64,000 nt of DNA, taken from Amoebidium appalachense (lineage: Eukaryota > Protista > Ichthyosporea). A program made the translations under genes and the position numbers. The DNA lies in contig CAVNZM010000015.1 in the NCBI GenBank assembly GCA_963693365.1, positions 1,116,001-1,180,000 on the forward strand. Direction: 5' to 3'. The notes beneath the pieces were generated by a model. That model saw only the letters and a program-made list of their open reading frames with translations. It searched no databases and had not been told where the DNA came from. Below are positions 37,094 through 51,021 of the stretch, in pieces (within the stretch, counting starts at the first letter, position 1; the number at the start of each line of letters is the position of its first letter).

Positions 37094-38217
37094 CGCACGC
37101 GCATGTGCGTATGTGCTTGTGTGTGCGCCGTGTATTCGTGTGTGCACTCCTGCGTGCCTATGCACGTGTGTATCCGTGCGTGTGCAAGTATGCATAGGGC
37201 CGTGTGCGTGTGTGCATGCGTGCGTGCGAGCATGTGTGTGTGCGTCCTGCCATTACTGTGCTTGTGCATGGTTTGCAGTCATATTGGTCACGTAAGTGGG
37301 AGTGTGCGCATGCAAGGGAAGAGTGTAAAGTGACAACTCGTAGCACTGTTCGTGATTTGTGTATTATTGGTGTGTCTTCTGTGTGTCGCCACAAAAAAGA
37401 GCATCCGTGTAGGGTTGTTATATGTAGAAAGTTGTGTGTATGATATCTCTATAGGGCTAAACATATTATATTATGCATAAGAACAAATAGAACTATCTTA
37501 TAAGTCATCTGTAGATTATGACTGGGCTTCAAGATCTTGGCTGCAGAGAACTACTACTCACATGTGGGTACTTTTGCAGTTACGAACGAAAACACGGAAA
37601 GAAATTACCGGTATCATCCGCTGATATCCTCGGACGAGCAAAGGTGCGGGTGGACCAAAGGATCAGAAATCCGGATATTTCAAAACCAAAATCCCGGAAA
37701 ATTGAAGCAAAACGCAGCATACGTAGCCTTTTCGACCATGTTTTGGAGTCTCCCGAAGAGAAGGAGAAATTCCGGTGTTTCTTGCAAGGGGAATTCTGTG
37801 TGGAGAATTTGGTTTTTTGGGAGGCAGCCGAGAATTACAGGTGGGTAGAATTTTGTTATGTGAGATATACCAGAATGTGGTGGTGTGAGATAACCTGCAA
37901 AAAGGACATAATGAAAAATGCATACGGACAGGTGGGAGGGCCGGGCGGAGGGGGAAGGGAGGAGTGCAAATATTTTTCGGATGGCGGGGAGGGGAATTCT
38001 CGAAGTCGGAGGGGGGAAAGGGCGCGCGGGGGGGGGGGGGGGGGGGGGGGGGGGGCGGGAATTATCGGTTTTGAATTTCCTGCCTTGTGTTTAAGCATAC
38101 ATATGAGATATTTGACAATCCTGGGGTCTCAAATATAGTTGAAATAACACGATTCAACATCGTGTTAATGTGAGAGGTGGGGAGAATGGTGGAGGGAAGA
38201 GAAAAGGGTGTGTGTGT

Positions 38218-38272
<55 letters not shown>

Positions 38273-39694
38273 GGGGGGGGGGAGGGGGGGGGGGGGGGGA
38301 ACGGGAGGGCGACGGTGGGAAAATGGGATTTGGGGGGGGGGGAGGGGGGGGGGGGCACTAAGGGTGTAAATTATGTCTAAATATGCATTTTTTTTAACTG
38401 GGTTTATGTCACGTGCACAGAAACATGTGCCAGCACATGGACATGGGCACACCCCTGCAGCAAGAGAGACAGAGGGAGATGGCACACAGCATCTATGCTG
38501 CGCACCTGACTCACGTGGGCCTATACCAGGTATATCTCGTCTCGTGCATATCTCGTGTATATCATGTGTTTATCTCGTGTATATTCTATTGTAAAGGGGC
38601 CTGGAAAAAAACTCCTCCCGCTCCGACGCACGGAATAATGTTAACCAATCCGCCCCTTCCCCCTTTCCCCCCCCCCCCTCCCCCCTCCCCCCTCCCTCAA
38701 CACACCGCCACACAAACACGCAAGGTAAATAAATATGGAAATAGACAGATGGCCCCTTTGTTACTGTGAGAATCTGCCCCCCCCCCCCCCCCCCCCCCCC
38801 TCCCCTTCCCCTCCAGCCCGCTCCCCCTCTCGGCCGCCCGTCAGCCCCAAACCCCCTCCCCCTCCCCCCCTCCCCCCCCCCCCCCCCCTCCCCCCCCTCC
38901 CCCCTCCCCCCTCCCCTTTTTTTATAAAGGTATGGGTACCCCCTTAATCATGGGCTCTGTTGAAGTGTATCTTCTATGTGCATGTGTTATAACTTGGATC
39001 TTTAGAAAGATCAGGGTCCTTCTAGAACAAACACCTAATGAAAAAGCCGTCGGGAATTGTTAGTGATAGACTAACGAATATCCCACGTTTATCTCAGGTC
39101 AACCTCCCAGACTCCATAGTCGAGCACGTGGAAGATATACTCATGAAATTCGGCGCCCTTCTCGCCCCGGATTCAAACCCTCCCAGAGAGAAATCATCAT
39201 CGAAAGGCTCAACCAAGTCTACGATCAGCCGTGATATCCCCCTAGACACTAGCATCAGACCCCCACCGATTTCACAAAAAACCCCGCCACAGCGCCAGAT
39301 TTTCAGTGGGAAAACCCCTCTCCAACTTCAAGACACACCAAAAAACCTTCCGGATTTGGGTGCTCCCCAGTCTGCTGCCCACCAACCAGCAACGTTTTCC
39401 GTGTCTGATATTTCCGTAAAGTTGTGCATGGGATCCGCACCCCCGGCACCGCCGATTCCGTTTTTCGGACCAAAAATCAAGTTGCCCCAAAAAGTGATAT
39501 CTGGGGGGCTGATGGAAGATGTTGACTCTCTGAATGAAACCCATTCCGATTTTTTGGATCGCGCAGGTTTCTCTGGAATTTCAATTCAGGGGGATTCAAT
39601 GGATGAACTTGCGGGGGTCTTTGTTGAGGCTCAGGCTTTTGTTTATGAGTTGATGCTGTGTGGGCCGTATCAGAGATATGCAAATGGGCTGTAG
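35004..39694 (+). CDS. 7TM-RGS protein A (seven-TM receptor-like domain fused to a split RGS domain), ~592 aa
   Basis: Exons 35004-35336, 36114-36265, 36664-36990, 37580-37840, 38421-38529, 39098-39694 (GT-AG, phase-consistent). Seven hydrophobic segments with [25 protein letters not shown] and [10 protein letters not shown] motifs: [36 protein letters not shown]. Confidence 0.88.
38530..38586. repeat. Short ~11-bp tandem repeat at a splice donor
   Basis: About five gtgtatatctc-like units starting at the GTATAT donor. Confidence 0.55.
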
Positions 39695-39818
39695 ATATAC
39701 ATAGTTAATATTTAGTTCTACATATATTTAAAATTTATATATAAATTGTCCTTTACTACCGAATCCGACTCTTATTCATGTGTTAATGAGAGCCCCCCCC
39801 CCCCCCCCCCCCTACCCC

Positions 39819-39856
<38 letters not shown>

Positions 39857-41537
39857 CCCCCCCCCCCCCCCCCCCCCCCATTCCCGCCAAAAAAGAAAGA
39901 AAAAGAAAACTATACATATACTAGTCCGTGACAATTTTAATTCTATCTCAATTTTCATCATCAACCCCATCTGATTTCTTTGGCTGAGCGAGTGCAATTC
40001 TCTGTGCTACATTGTCCTTTTTTTTTAAATATTGAGGAATGGCCTCATAGGAAGTTGCGCCTTACAGGGGGATTGTGCCTGTGTTTGTGTTTCGTTTTGC
40101 TCCGATCGTATGTCTGGCATAGACCAATGCCGACACCGCAGGCTCCAGTCATGATATACTTTAGCGCGCGTTTTGAACTTAATATTAGATGAAATCTGGG
40201 ATACGCAGTGTGTCGATAACGCTGGAAGTGAAAAACAGTGGGATAAAACGAAATGGTTATTATAAAATTATCAAATGAAAACCCCCGCTTTGAGAAATTT
40301 CTCAGCGGGACAGGCATCATGATGAAGATGCATACCGCCATTCTGGTGAATTGTGCAACGACTGAGGTGTGTGAATGAAAGCATGCATGCATGTGCGAGC
40401 ATGTATGTGTGTGGATGTGTGTGCGTGCGTGCACGGGTGTGCTTGTGGTTAGTGTGTGTGTGTGTTTGTGTGCATGAGTGTTTGTGTGCCGCAACTTGAT
40501 GTTTCCAGTGTTTATGTGTGTGTGTGAGCGTGGCCAGGGAGGGGGGCACCGGGGGGGGGGGGGGGGGGGGGGGGAAGGTTTCCAGTTATCTGGACGCGCC
40601 GTTTTATATTTGTGGATGCTACAATGACTGTGAGATTATGTTTTTGCAGATACCCATGAGAGGCTGTGGTGCTTACACTCCTTTTTAGGTTTTTAACCTC
40701 GAGAGCTTTGTCTAATTGTATCACACATGCTATTGGTGACGGCTGCATGAACCTGCCCTCTCCCCCCCCCCCCCCCCCCCCTCCCCCCTCTCCACCAACC
40801 CCCAACCCTCCAACCCGCCCCCTTCCCGCACACACACATCCTCCCCCCCCTCCCCCCCCCCCCCCCCCCCCCCCCCAGGCTCAGCTTCCCTCCCCACACA
40901 CACACACGTGCACATGCCCCCCCCCCCCCCCCTCCCCTCCCCCCCCCCACCCCCCCCCCCACCCCCCCCCCTTCCCCCGTCACAAACACACACTCTCTCT
41001 CCTTTACAGCACACACACGTTCAGAGACAACACAAGATACCCAAATCCAACATGCACCCAAATTTTGGGTTCCAACTGGCACCTACATGGATATTGAACC
41101 CGCGAGCTCTTTTATTTCTCTGCACCCAGTCACAGACCAAGCATTGCATTCATTAAACAATCAGCATCACACGTCAGCCTGTAATCTCACCTCATAACAT
41201 GGTAAGGAACCAACCTAAATGGAATTGTTTGAATCTAATAAATCTAATACCTTAACGACCAACACCATGCCACAAACGTTCCACCGTTTGTACCCTTCTA
41301 GCATCTTCTACACACCTTTCAACAGGTTAGGCTAGGTCCTAGTCATGCCCTGACTTCATCTTTGGGACGGCGGGGAGGGGAAATCAAAAAATGTTGAAGC
41401 AACAAGTTGATTAACCGTTGAAATAGTAAAGGAAATGAAGTACATGTACGTGAAGAAACCCTAGAGTATCTAGAGAGTATCTAGGGTTTGAATATAGGAG
41501 CGTCAGAAACTTTCAACCGTTGCACCATTTTTTTTTT

Positions 41538-41583
<46 letters not shown>

Positions 41584-41689
41584 GGAGTATGAGCATGATA
41601 GTACCAAAAATGGTACCGAGTGTCAAGACCACCCGGACACCACAACCCAGAGCCAAACTAACTGACAGCATTTGCTATCAGAGCCGAAA

Positions 41690-41764
41690 TTTTGCATCTC
41701 TCTATGAAAGTTTGTATATCTCTATGAAAATCTGCATATCCCTATGAAAATTTGCATACCTCTA
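41690..41764. repeat. 20-bp tandem repeat between the convergent 7TM-RGS genes
   Basis: Three to four ctctatgaaaatttgcatat-like units. Confidence 0.65.
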
Positions 41765-41930
41765 ACATATACCAGCCCGCGTGAATCATGATCATGGCAG
41801 GTTTCGTTACCTCAGCCACAACTTCATCTTGCATAGAAAAAATTGAAACTTGGAAAATTGGCTTGGAAAAAACCCTAAAAAGAAAAATAAGATATAATTT
41901 TTGGAGGGAGAAAAATGCAGACATTACATT

Positions 41931-43689
41931 TCAGGCATTCTTCTCATTGCTGAACGAGTGCAAAAACCGGGGGAACGAATCGGTAGCCATCAGCTCAAAG
42001 ATGTGCGCTTGCGCTTCATCGAAAATTCCCGCCATTTCCCGATTTACGTTTGCGGTTTCCTCCCGTTTCTGCTTGAGTTTATCCCGGATTTCCCTGACTT
42101 TACTGATATCTTCTTCCGATTTTCCGTTATCTTCGCGGCTGGAGCTGTGTCCGAGGTGCACTTGCGGTACGGTCAAGGCGGAACAACTCGCGCTTTCGGT
42201 ATTTTGGGCATTTTCGTGTTTTTGCAACGAAATTTGGGAAGAATTTATACCGGAATTTTCCCTCTGCGCGTCCAAAAGCGTTGCTGTAGAAGTTATGGTG
42301 ACGGGGCGGGAATCCGACATGGAGGGGGAGGAAATCTGGTCGAGGGATTGCGCAGATTGGGATTTTCCGGGAATTTTGTCGGCAAATAAACTGGAAAGAG
42401 ACTCGGTTACCTCGAGCAAATTCAGCCTTTTGCGAATTTCCATAACGGTCGGGTGGGGCAAATTCACTTCATAGAGGGCGTTTTTGTTCACAAACGTGTT
42501 GTAGAGTCTTTGCGCGAGCGTTTTCGGGTTTATCCTTTTACCGGAACCTCCGGTCAAAAGTTCGATTCTGTATTCCTCCACGGCCTCCCAAAACAGCATA
42601 TTCTCTACGGAAAACTCCCCCTGTAGAAAAACCCGGAATCGCTCCCGACCTTCCGGATTGTTGAGCAGCTGTTGGAGCTCGTCGCGGGGGTTTCCCCCCT
42701 GAGCGGTGGGGGACATGCTCCATTTTGTGAACTGGTACCTGATTGGATGAATTTTCATGCGGTTAGCACTTTGGGAATTTTAGTCAACAGCATGCTAAGT
42801 GGCTTTTTTCTTTTCTTTTCTTTTCTTTTCTTTTTCCCGGGTGGGTGGGGGGGGGGGGGGGGGGGGGGAGGGGGGGGGGGGGGGGGGGGGGGGGGGAGGG
42901 GGGGGGGAGGGGGTAAAGTGAGAAAAACGAATTACAGCGTGGAAGTAAAAAAAGAAATTGGGGGTTTGGGCTGGGAGATGGGGGGAGGGGGAAGGGGAGG
43001 AGGGGGGGGGGGGGGGGGGATAACACCACGAGTAAAGGTTTGCACTTACAAAACAATTATCACTTTATACAGAAAATAGAACAGGGAGTGAGCTAAGGTG
43101 GGGCAAAATGCCAGGTGGGGGGGGGGGGGGGGGGGGGGGAGACAGCTCGAAAGAGAGGTCTAAATGTGGGGAAAAGGGGGGGGGGGGGGGAGGGAGGGGG
43201 GGGGGTCTTACCTGTAGGAGTCAATCAGAGGCCACACGACAATACATCCGAACCCCACCAACCACATCAACTGAGACCCCATCAGCCCGAGATCAAAGCG
43301 CAAAGTTGTTTCACAATAATCTTGAACACTGTCAAACATAACAGAAACAGCCCACACGGCACCCATTATAAATGTTCCGATTCCGGCGTATTTAAGCTGG
43401 CGGGTGATATTGAGCGAATCGGAACGCGGGCTCACGCGGCGCACGAGCACGGCGAAGAAAATGAGACTGATAGTGGTTATACCAAACATGGCTAAAAGGC
43501 AGTTGGATGCGATTGATGATCTTGAATCGTACCCGATTGCCGTCATCCAGTCCCTGTTGAGAGTTAAAATTTATTAATTTGGAGTTACAATACACATAAG
43601 CAAGTCTTTTATTGTTATCCTCGCCCCTCCCAATTCCTCACACACACACACACACGTACGGGCACAGGCACACACACAAACACACACAC

Positions 43690-43777
<88 letters not shown>

Positions 43778-45627
43778 ACACACCACACACACAGGCACAT
43801 GCATGTGCACACACTCTCACAAGCACTGATGTGTTCCTCCAGCTCCCCGTAACTTTCCGTCTCCGTTCATACACGCATCCCTTCCCCCTCCCCCCCCTCC
43901 CCCCCCACACACAAACACACTCGCACCTTGCTTCGTCTAGTCTCGCAGCTGTTTAAGTTGAGGGGGTTAAGAAAATGTTACAGAGAATGAAGCACACATT
44001 CACGACGGACAGCTCAATTGCAGAATGCACTGAGCACACATAAAGAGTATGCATTATAAACAGAGTCCATCTTTAGGGGGGGGGGGGGGGGGGGGGGGGA
44101 GTCGAGATTGAGGAGGGGAAGGGGGTTGGGGAAAGGGGGAGGACGGAGGAGGAGGGAGGGGGGAGTAGAGCAGGAGGGGACAGGGGGAGAGGGAGGAAGG
44201 GGGTGACCGTCGAGGGGGTGGGGGGGTGAGGGGGAAGGGGTAGTAGGATATATTTACTTACTTGTCCGCTATAGGAACGGCAATCCAACAGCCCACTACC
44301 AGCAAAACACTGCTAACAGCCAACCCCCTGTTGAAGAGAAAATGCCCCGTTTTCATCAAAAGGGGGAGACGATCCCATGTTTGCGCCTGCCACCACGCAC
44401 CGTTGCGGCTGCCGTGTGTTTCGGTCTGCGAACCAATAGGAGTGTGAGATTACGAGCCTTTTATGGTTATGTTTGGGGTATAGGTGTGGAAATGTGGAGA
44501 CATGGAGATTGAACGTGGCGGTTGTGGAAGGGAGAACGGTTTTGTGGCAGCAGAGGGGTGGGGAGAAAAAGGGGGGGGGGGGGGGGGGGGAGGGGGGGGG
44601 AAGGGGGGAAAGGGGGGAGAGGGGGAGGGGGAGGAGGGTGTGTGTATATGTGTGGTGTGGGTGTGTAAGCATATGATGCTGTGGATGCTATCTACGGTTT
44701 CCTGTATAGCATAGTTCGTTCTATTAGGTATCTAAAATTTTGCGATTTGTGCGATTGTGTAGGAAAGGGGATTTGTTGGGATGGGGAGGAAAGGGGGGAG
44801 GGGGAAGGGGGGGGGGGGGGGGGGGAGAAGGGGTTGGTTGGGGGGGGGGGGGGGGGTCACGCCCCGGGGGGGGGGGGGGGGGGGAGGGGAGGGCCTGGGG
44901 GGTAGAAATGGGTGCTGAGGGATGGGAGATGATGTATCGTGGGGGCTGGCCCAAACAGTGTTTGCTGGTAACCAATGTGGGCATGTGTGTTTGCACCTGT
45001 TTAAACCACGTGTATATGAGTGTGTGTGCGCAAGCGCCGTGGACGTTTCTGTGCACAATTGTTGTGATGTTTGGGGGAAGGGGAGGGTGGGGGGAGGGTG
45101 GGGCGGTGCAAGGTGAGGGAAAGGGAGGGCGCGGGGGAGCCTCAGGAGGGCGCAGAGACGCCGCCCTGGGGGGGGGGGGGGGGGGGGGGGGGAGGAGGAG
45201 GGGGAGGAGGGGGGGGGGGGGGGGGGGGCAGGTGGGGAGGGAGGAGGGGGGGGGGGGGGGGGGAGGGGGGGGGGGGGGGCAATACCTGTGTTTCGAGCAG
45301 GCGATACTTGAGATAGTACGACGAGTAGAGCTTCCAACTGCGCATAACAGTGACGAGCGAAATTGTAGTTGCACACGTGAGCACCTGTGGCCAGTGAGAA
45401 TGAACTGTTATTTTTTTAACTAACCGGCACCAACCAGAAGGAGTGATCAGCGTTTAACATAATGGAGAGAAACTAGCTGTTATATTAAATGCGGACAGTC
45501 AGGGGCATGATCAAAGTTTGCTTGAAGGAAGGAATCAATAAATCTGATGGTTTCAAATGTTATCTCCTCCCTTCACCCCCCCCCCCCCCCCCCCCCCCCC
45601 CCTCCCCCCCTCTCCCCCGCCCCCCCA

Positions 45628-45663
<36 letters not shown>

Positions 45664-46514
45664 TGCTTGTGTTGTGTTTACAGGCCACACACACGCATCT
45701 TAACAGCTTCGCGGCATGCTAGTAATACTGTCTATGGCCAACACAAACCCCAGGACGGTGTTTGACAACACTTAAAAAAAAAAAAAAATTACCCCTGCAA
45801 ACACCAAGCTGCGCAGGGGGGTTCTTGGGGTGAGGCCGCAAATCTGAAAATGCACCGTGCTGCAAACAGCACCCACAGTAAACAAAGACGGGAAGGCATA
45901 TGCAAAAACACACGAGTGTCACACTTACACAACCCCCAGCACATTCACATTGGATTAAATAATGCACGTGTTATGTCCAAAGTTCTACATAAAGTTTATT
46001 TCTATTAGGTCCTTGTGCGTGTGTGTACACGTTCACAAAGTATAACACACAGACACCCACTTTGAAACACAAACACACACCCACAGTGTCACACATATTT
46101 GCGCACACACAAAAAGGCACTGTGGTAACTCATACTATAGCAATATGGGAATGGAACAATACCCACCCAAAGACAGCATTGCAGGACAACACGTTAAGGT
46201 TCAGAAATAGTTTTTTTATATCAAAGAATATGGAACCAACAACTTAAACACATAAAATCAGAGCCGGTTTCAGCCCCACTTACCAGCAAGTCGTACAGTG
46301 CGCCAGGAAGCAGGGGAGAGTCTGCCAGCAGGCGTCTAGCCGAGAGCAAAACACTGATTGCAAGACAAAACGGAATACTGACGTAATTGAATACAGGCCA
46401 TTGGGCGGCTATAGGGTACCTCCGCCTACGTAAAAGGTACAGGCCACCACAAACAAGATAGGTGGGTATGGCAAATGCAAGCCAGAAGATGGCCATCTCT
46501 TCCCGGGGCAACAT
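41931..46514 (-). CDS. 7TM-RGS protein B, ~547 aa, paralogue of A
   Basis: Exons (minus strand) 46514-46284, 45384-45286, 44425-44262, 43553-43212, 42738-41931. Seven TM segments with [25 protein letters not shown] and WPLIDSY. RGS motifs: FRVFLQGEFSVENMLFWEAVEEY, YEVNLP, IFDEAQAHIFELMATDSFPRFLHS. Confidence 0.9.
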
Positions 46515-47799
46515 TTTGTTTGTATGATTTGGCACTTGGACCACAAGTAGTGACTATTACTCAGATGATATGTATTTGCTGGTGAGTATTAATGGTTATG
46601 AAGTGTCGAAAAGTGCTCATGTGGGGAAAGATGTGTTGGTTGTCGTTGCGATAGTATTGGAAGGGGTTGTTAGATGGTGCCACGGAGATTATGCGTAGGC
46701 ACTGTAGAAATTTGAAACAAGAGTCTTAAGGTGCCTTAAGATGTGTGGAGCCGGCTGTCCTATAACAGTCTGACTCGGTAAGCACCGATGACCTTTTCTG
46801 GAAATAAAGTGTGTCTGTTTACTTGGGGCTAAGTGTAGACGTTGCAATTAGCTACAGTCTGGTCACCTCGAAAAAATCAGATGCTAGTAAACAAACAACG
46901 CGAGGGTGGAAACGAAAAAACAAAAAGTCACGAAGTCATGGAGTCCGGATCCGTATACTGACTCATCACTAACGTGTGCATATGTATTTTGCTTCTAACA
47001 ATGCACGTGATCGGAGTCACTTCATAGCGGGAAAAGGATGAAAAATGTTCGCTTTTTTTTTTTTTAAAAAAAAATTAGTTCCAAGCAGGCCTGAGCAATT
47101 GATCAATAGGTTTGTTCGGAAAACAAGGTCACTTGTTCTCGTGATTATGTGCGATGTGCTCGCTTGTTCGCGAGTGTGAACTGACAGGGTCGGAGCAACA
47201 CATCTAACATCAATGCATGTGTACAAGTCATATGTACGTGTGTTCACACGAAACTCCCATATGTACATTTGATCTAATACACATCCGGCCCTAACTTGGG
47301 GCCATTTAGTTAAAGCTGAACAACTAGGTTAGCTAAAGTAAAAGCCACCCAAGCATTGGGTGGATAGGAAAGGCACTATTATATGGTCAAAATTGTGCAC
47401 CTCGCTATCAGGATTCCTCGTCATAATACCATCTCTGAAAAGCCTGAAAGCCAAGCAACTGTTTGCACGCATTTTGGCGCCAAGTTCGCACCGGTCACAC
47501 ACACACACCATCAACATTGATGTTGCGAGACTCCGAATACGACATGTATGTACGTATGTATGTAGCTGGAAGATACGTATGTGTGTATTGTTCTGTGGCA
47601 GAGACCCCATGGATAGGAAATGCAGATGAGACATATACATATATGTATGTGCATATGTGTATATACATACATATATCCTACATATAGATGATAGTATGCG
47701 TAAACCACGGAAGAAAGGCTTCGGAGACGACTCACAGTCTCTCACAGACCGGTGTCGGATCCCGTACAGGCCCGGGCGGATTGAATCGGCGTGGTGCGT

Positions 47800-47852
47800 T
47801 CCGAGCCAATCAGAGGCTGATTCACATACCCTGATTTAAAGACCAATCAGGA
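47800..47852. promoter_or_regulatory. Paired CCAAT-box-like motifs in a CpG-rich patch about 1.3 kb upstream of 7TM-RGS B
   Basis: agccaatcag and gaccaatcag, about 40 bp apart. Motif match only. Confidence 0.25.
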
Positions 47853-48270
47853 CGCAGTTAAAACCCCCACATTGTCCAACACTTTCTAGCAAAAAAAGGT
47901 GGCCATGGCTGGTATTGCAAGAGCCATAAATTAAAAAAACGTGAAAAACACCTGTGAATAAATTAAAAAATCACACACGGCTCACACACCATTTCTATTT
48001 CGTTTTTTGTTCATCTGGTCGAACCAGGAGAGACGCGAGAAAGTGATGATAGGCCGATGATAGATCGGCGGAATTCAGCTCGGAATCTCCATGCATTTTG
48101 ATTGGCAAATAGCTTAGGTTCAAAACAAATAGATCTGGATCTGAGCCTAACTCAGTCTGAATCTGGCAGCAGGCTGCTCGGCTGGGCGTGGGCACTTCTG
48201 TGGTCCATGCTTTCACGTGTAGCTGTATACGCTTGTGTCCACATGCACTGATATGTTTATGTGTGCTTGC

Positions 48271-48303
<33 letters not shown>

Positions 48304-50712
48304 TTCTTGTGTGTCTAATGTCCGTGCTACGTATTGATGCAGTGGTGTGTTTTTGCATATTCGTGATAAGTTTGCGCGCACGTTTCGAGCGAGTGCAAGT
48401 GCTTGTCCGTGGTGTGTCAACGTGGATGTGTATTGAGAGGGCCCGGGGGGTGGGGGGGGGGGGGGGGGGGGGGGGGAGGGGAGAGTTGAGGGAGACACGC
48501 GGCCTGATCTATGGTCAAGTTGAACGTGCTGTTTTCTCGCTTGACCAGAGTGCACTCGTAGTTTGAACTGTTAGCTGCAGCTGCATATGTGTATCTATTC
48601 TTATCTCTATCCGCTGAGCTCGTACCCAAGTAATTACGCAAGCCAACAACGACTCTTTATCGTCCATTATGACTCACATCAGCATCAATCATAAGGAATA
48701 CATGCATATATGCATGCCACTGGATGCATGCTACAAACAGGATCACGAAGCAACAAACGCAAACATTCGAATCCGCATTCCACCATGTTCCGCGGCTTTC
48801 CAAGCATTTTTGCGCACACCCACGTCGAAAATTTTACTTCCAAAAGCCACACTCGTTCGGCTCCCTTAGAGTCCGTCGCATATATTGCGTACGTATGCAT
48901 ACGGTACATAGGGAGCCACAGTGTAGGGTTTCTCCTTGAAGGCCAGTCGCTGATTTGGCATAAGGTGCGCTTAATTGGATTGCTCGTGGTGACAAAAACA
49001 CATGTTCATACTTTTTTGATCGTTTCACATAAACTTTTTTCTTGCGCGCCAAACCAACCTTCATGCCCAAATTTTCATTCACACAACACAGTCATGCATG
49101 GTGTACGTACACACACACACACTCACAACCCCACCCACCTAGTACACAAATTGCTGCTTTCTGAGCTGACTCCCCAGCCGTCAGATCCCCAGGAGCCGTT
49201 TCTATTCAACTTATTCAAAGATCATATTATTGGCATGCATATGCGCAGGGCTGGCAATCTCAAAATCATGCTGCGCACACGTTCACTACAGTGTACTGAC
49301 AACTGATGTCGGACTGAGGCAATGCACATGTACAATCTCTGAAAATCTTATGATTATCGACCATTTGTGGTGTTTCACTACTTCTCTTGTCTATTTGGTC
49401 TATGTGATCATGCTAAATACCATGGCAGCCTTATTATATACAAAAAACGGCACTACATATATATTGATTGATCACACAAAAGAGATCACTGGGACGTGAG
49501 AGTACATACATGGAGATGCGCATCCCACTGAATCCGTTGAGTCCTCGCGAATCGACCTTCGCGCTATTAGTGTAGCACCCCTGTACACGCGGCTTTTTAG
49601 GGTGAAAAAAGTCTCTGCCGATTACTCATATTGTTAAAATAAAAAACTGCGATTTGTAACAGGTATATAAAGGCTTTCGTTTCTTCTTTTTGTGGTGGGA
49701 GGGAGTCCCACTCAGGGGAATGTGACTGCAGCGTGTGTGTGGTGTGGCCTGGTGTATTCCTACTGCTGTGAGAGTGTAGGGGCATCTCCCTTTCGCGGAG
49801 TTTCTCGCTTGAGAAGTGGTTTCTTCAACGCCTGGTGGTCCATTGCAACCTATGGTAACTTCTACACGCTGTCTACGCTTCTACGCGACCTATTGGCGGT
49901 GGGCTGCTGCAACTTCTATTACTACTTCTGTGCTGCGTGAGTGGAGGGGCGGCTACTTGGTCGTCGGGGAGCTTTCCAAGTGACTGCCAGTCCTTAGCCT
50001 CCAGTCGTATGGCAATGACCGGGTTTGCTTGCATGCATTCTGTAATTGTATTTTTCTGTGTCTCCTGCCACAACTAGGCCACCTTATCAGAGAGCTAGAT
50101 GCAGTTTCTCCGGGTTATCTAGGGGTCGGGCCCGTTGGGATTGTTTTTTTAGCTCAGATTTGGTCTGCATTGCTCTTTTTAGAGGCTGACTTGCTTGCTG
50201 TGCCCCGATAGGTTTTGAGGGGGGCCTGTTGGGAAGGAGCAGTAATGATGTCTTCTTGCGGAGTGTGGTCTGGTCAACATCGATGCATACGACTAGTTGG
50301 AGCAAACTAGTTTCACGCATACACGTACACTTAAGGTTTTGCCCGCTGGTGTCCTTTGTCACTTGTCGCTTTCTTTTTATTTCGTAGCTTTGGCTTTTTC
50401 AGTTCTATTGGTGGTTATGGCTGCACGTTGCCTTCATCAGCGGATCAATAAACCCGAGTCAAAAGAAAAACTTTCTGCCGGAAGGAAAATTTTCCTACTA
50501 AGTGAAACCAATCCGACCCGAAGCTCCAGCTCCCAACTTCACGGCAACACCAATCAGATCAATATCTTGATTTCTCGAATAAACATATTTGGTTAACAAA
50601 TGACGTAACGTTTGCTGATTGGCTCCGTATCGCTGAGTAAGCGAATTCATGCCTCGACCCTCCGTGACAGTATCCTGGCATGATGGCAGTCCGGCCATCT
50701 CCCCTCTCATCT

Positions 50713-50750
<38 letters not shown>

Positions 50751-50845
50751 ACCCCCCACCCCCCCCACCCACCTACCCACCCACCCCCCACCACCACCAC
50801 CACCACCACCAAAAAAAGAGAAACACACACGGTACACTATGAATA

Positions 50846-50904
<59 letters not shown>

Positions 50905-50918
50905 ACACACGTGCACAC

Positions 50919-51021
<103 letters not shown>

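Noticed and set aside
41788-42474. 228-aa and 162-aa plus-strand ORFs
   Set aside because: Antisense shadows of the 7TM-RGS B last exon.
48710-49306. 198-aa plus-strand ORF
   Set aside because: No domain signature, and composition resembles local non-coding DNA.
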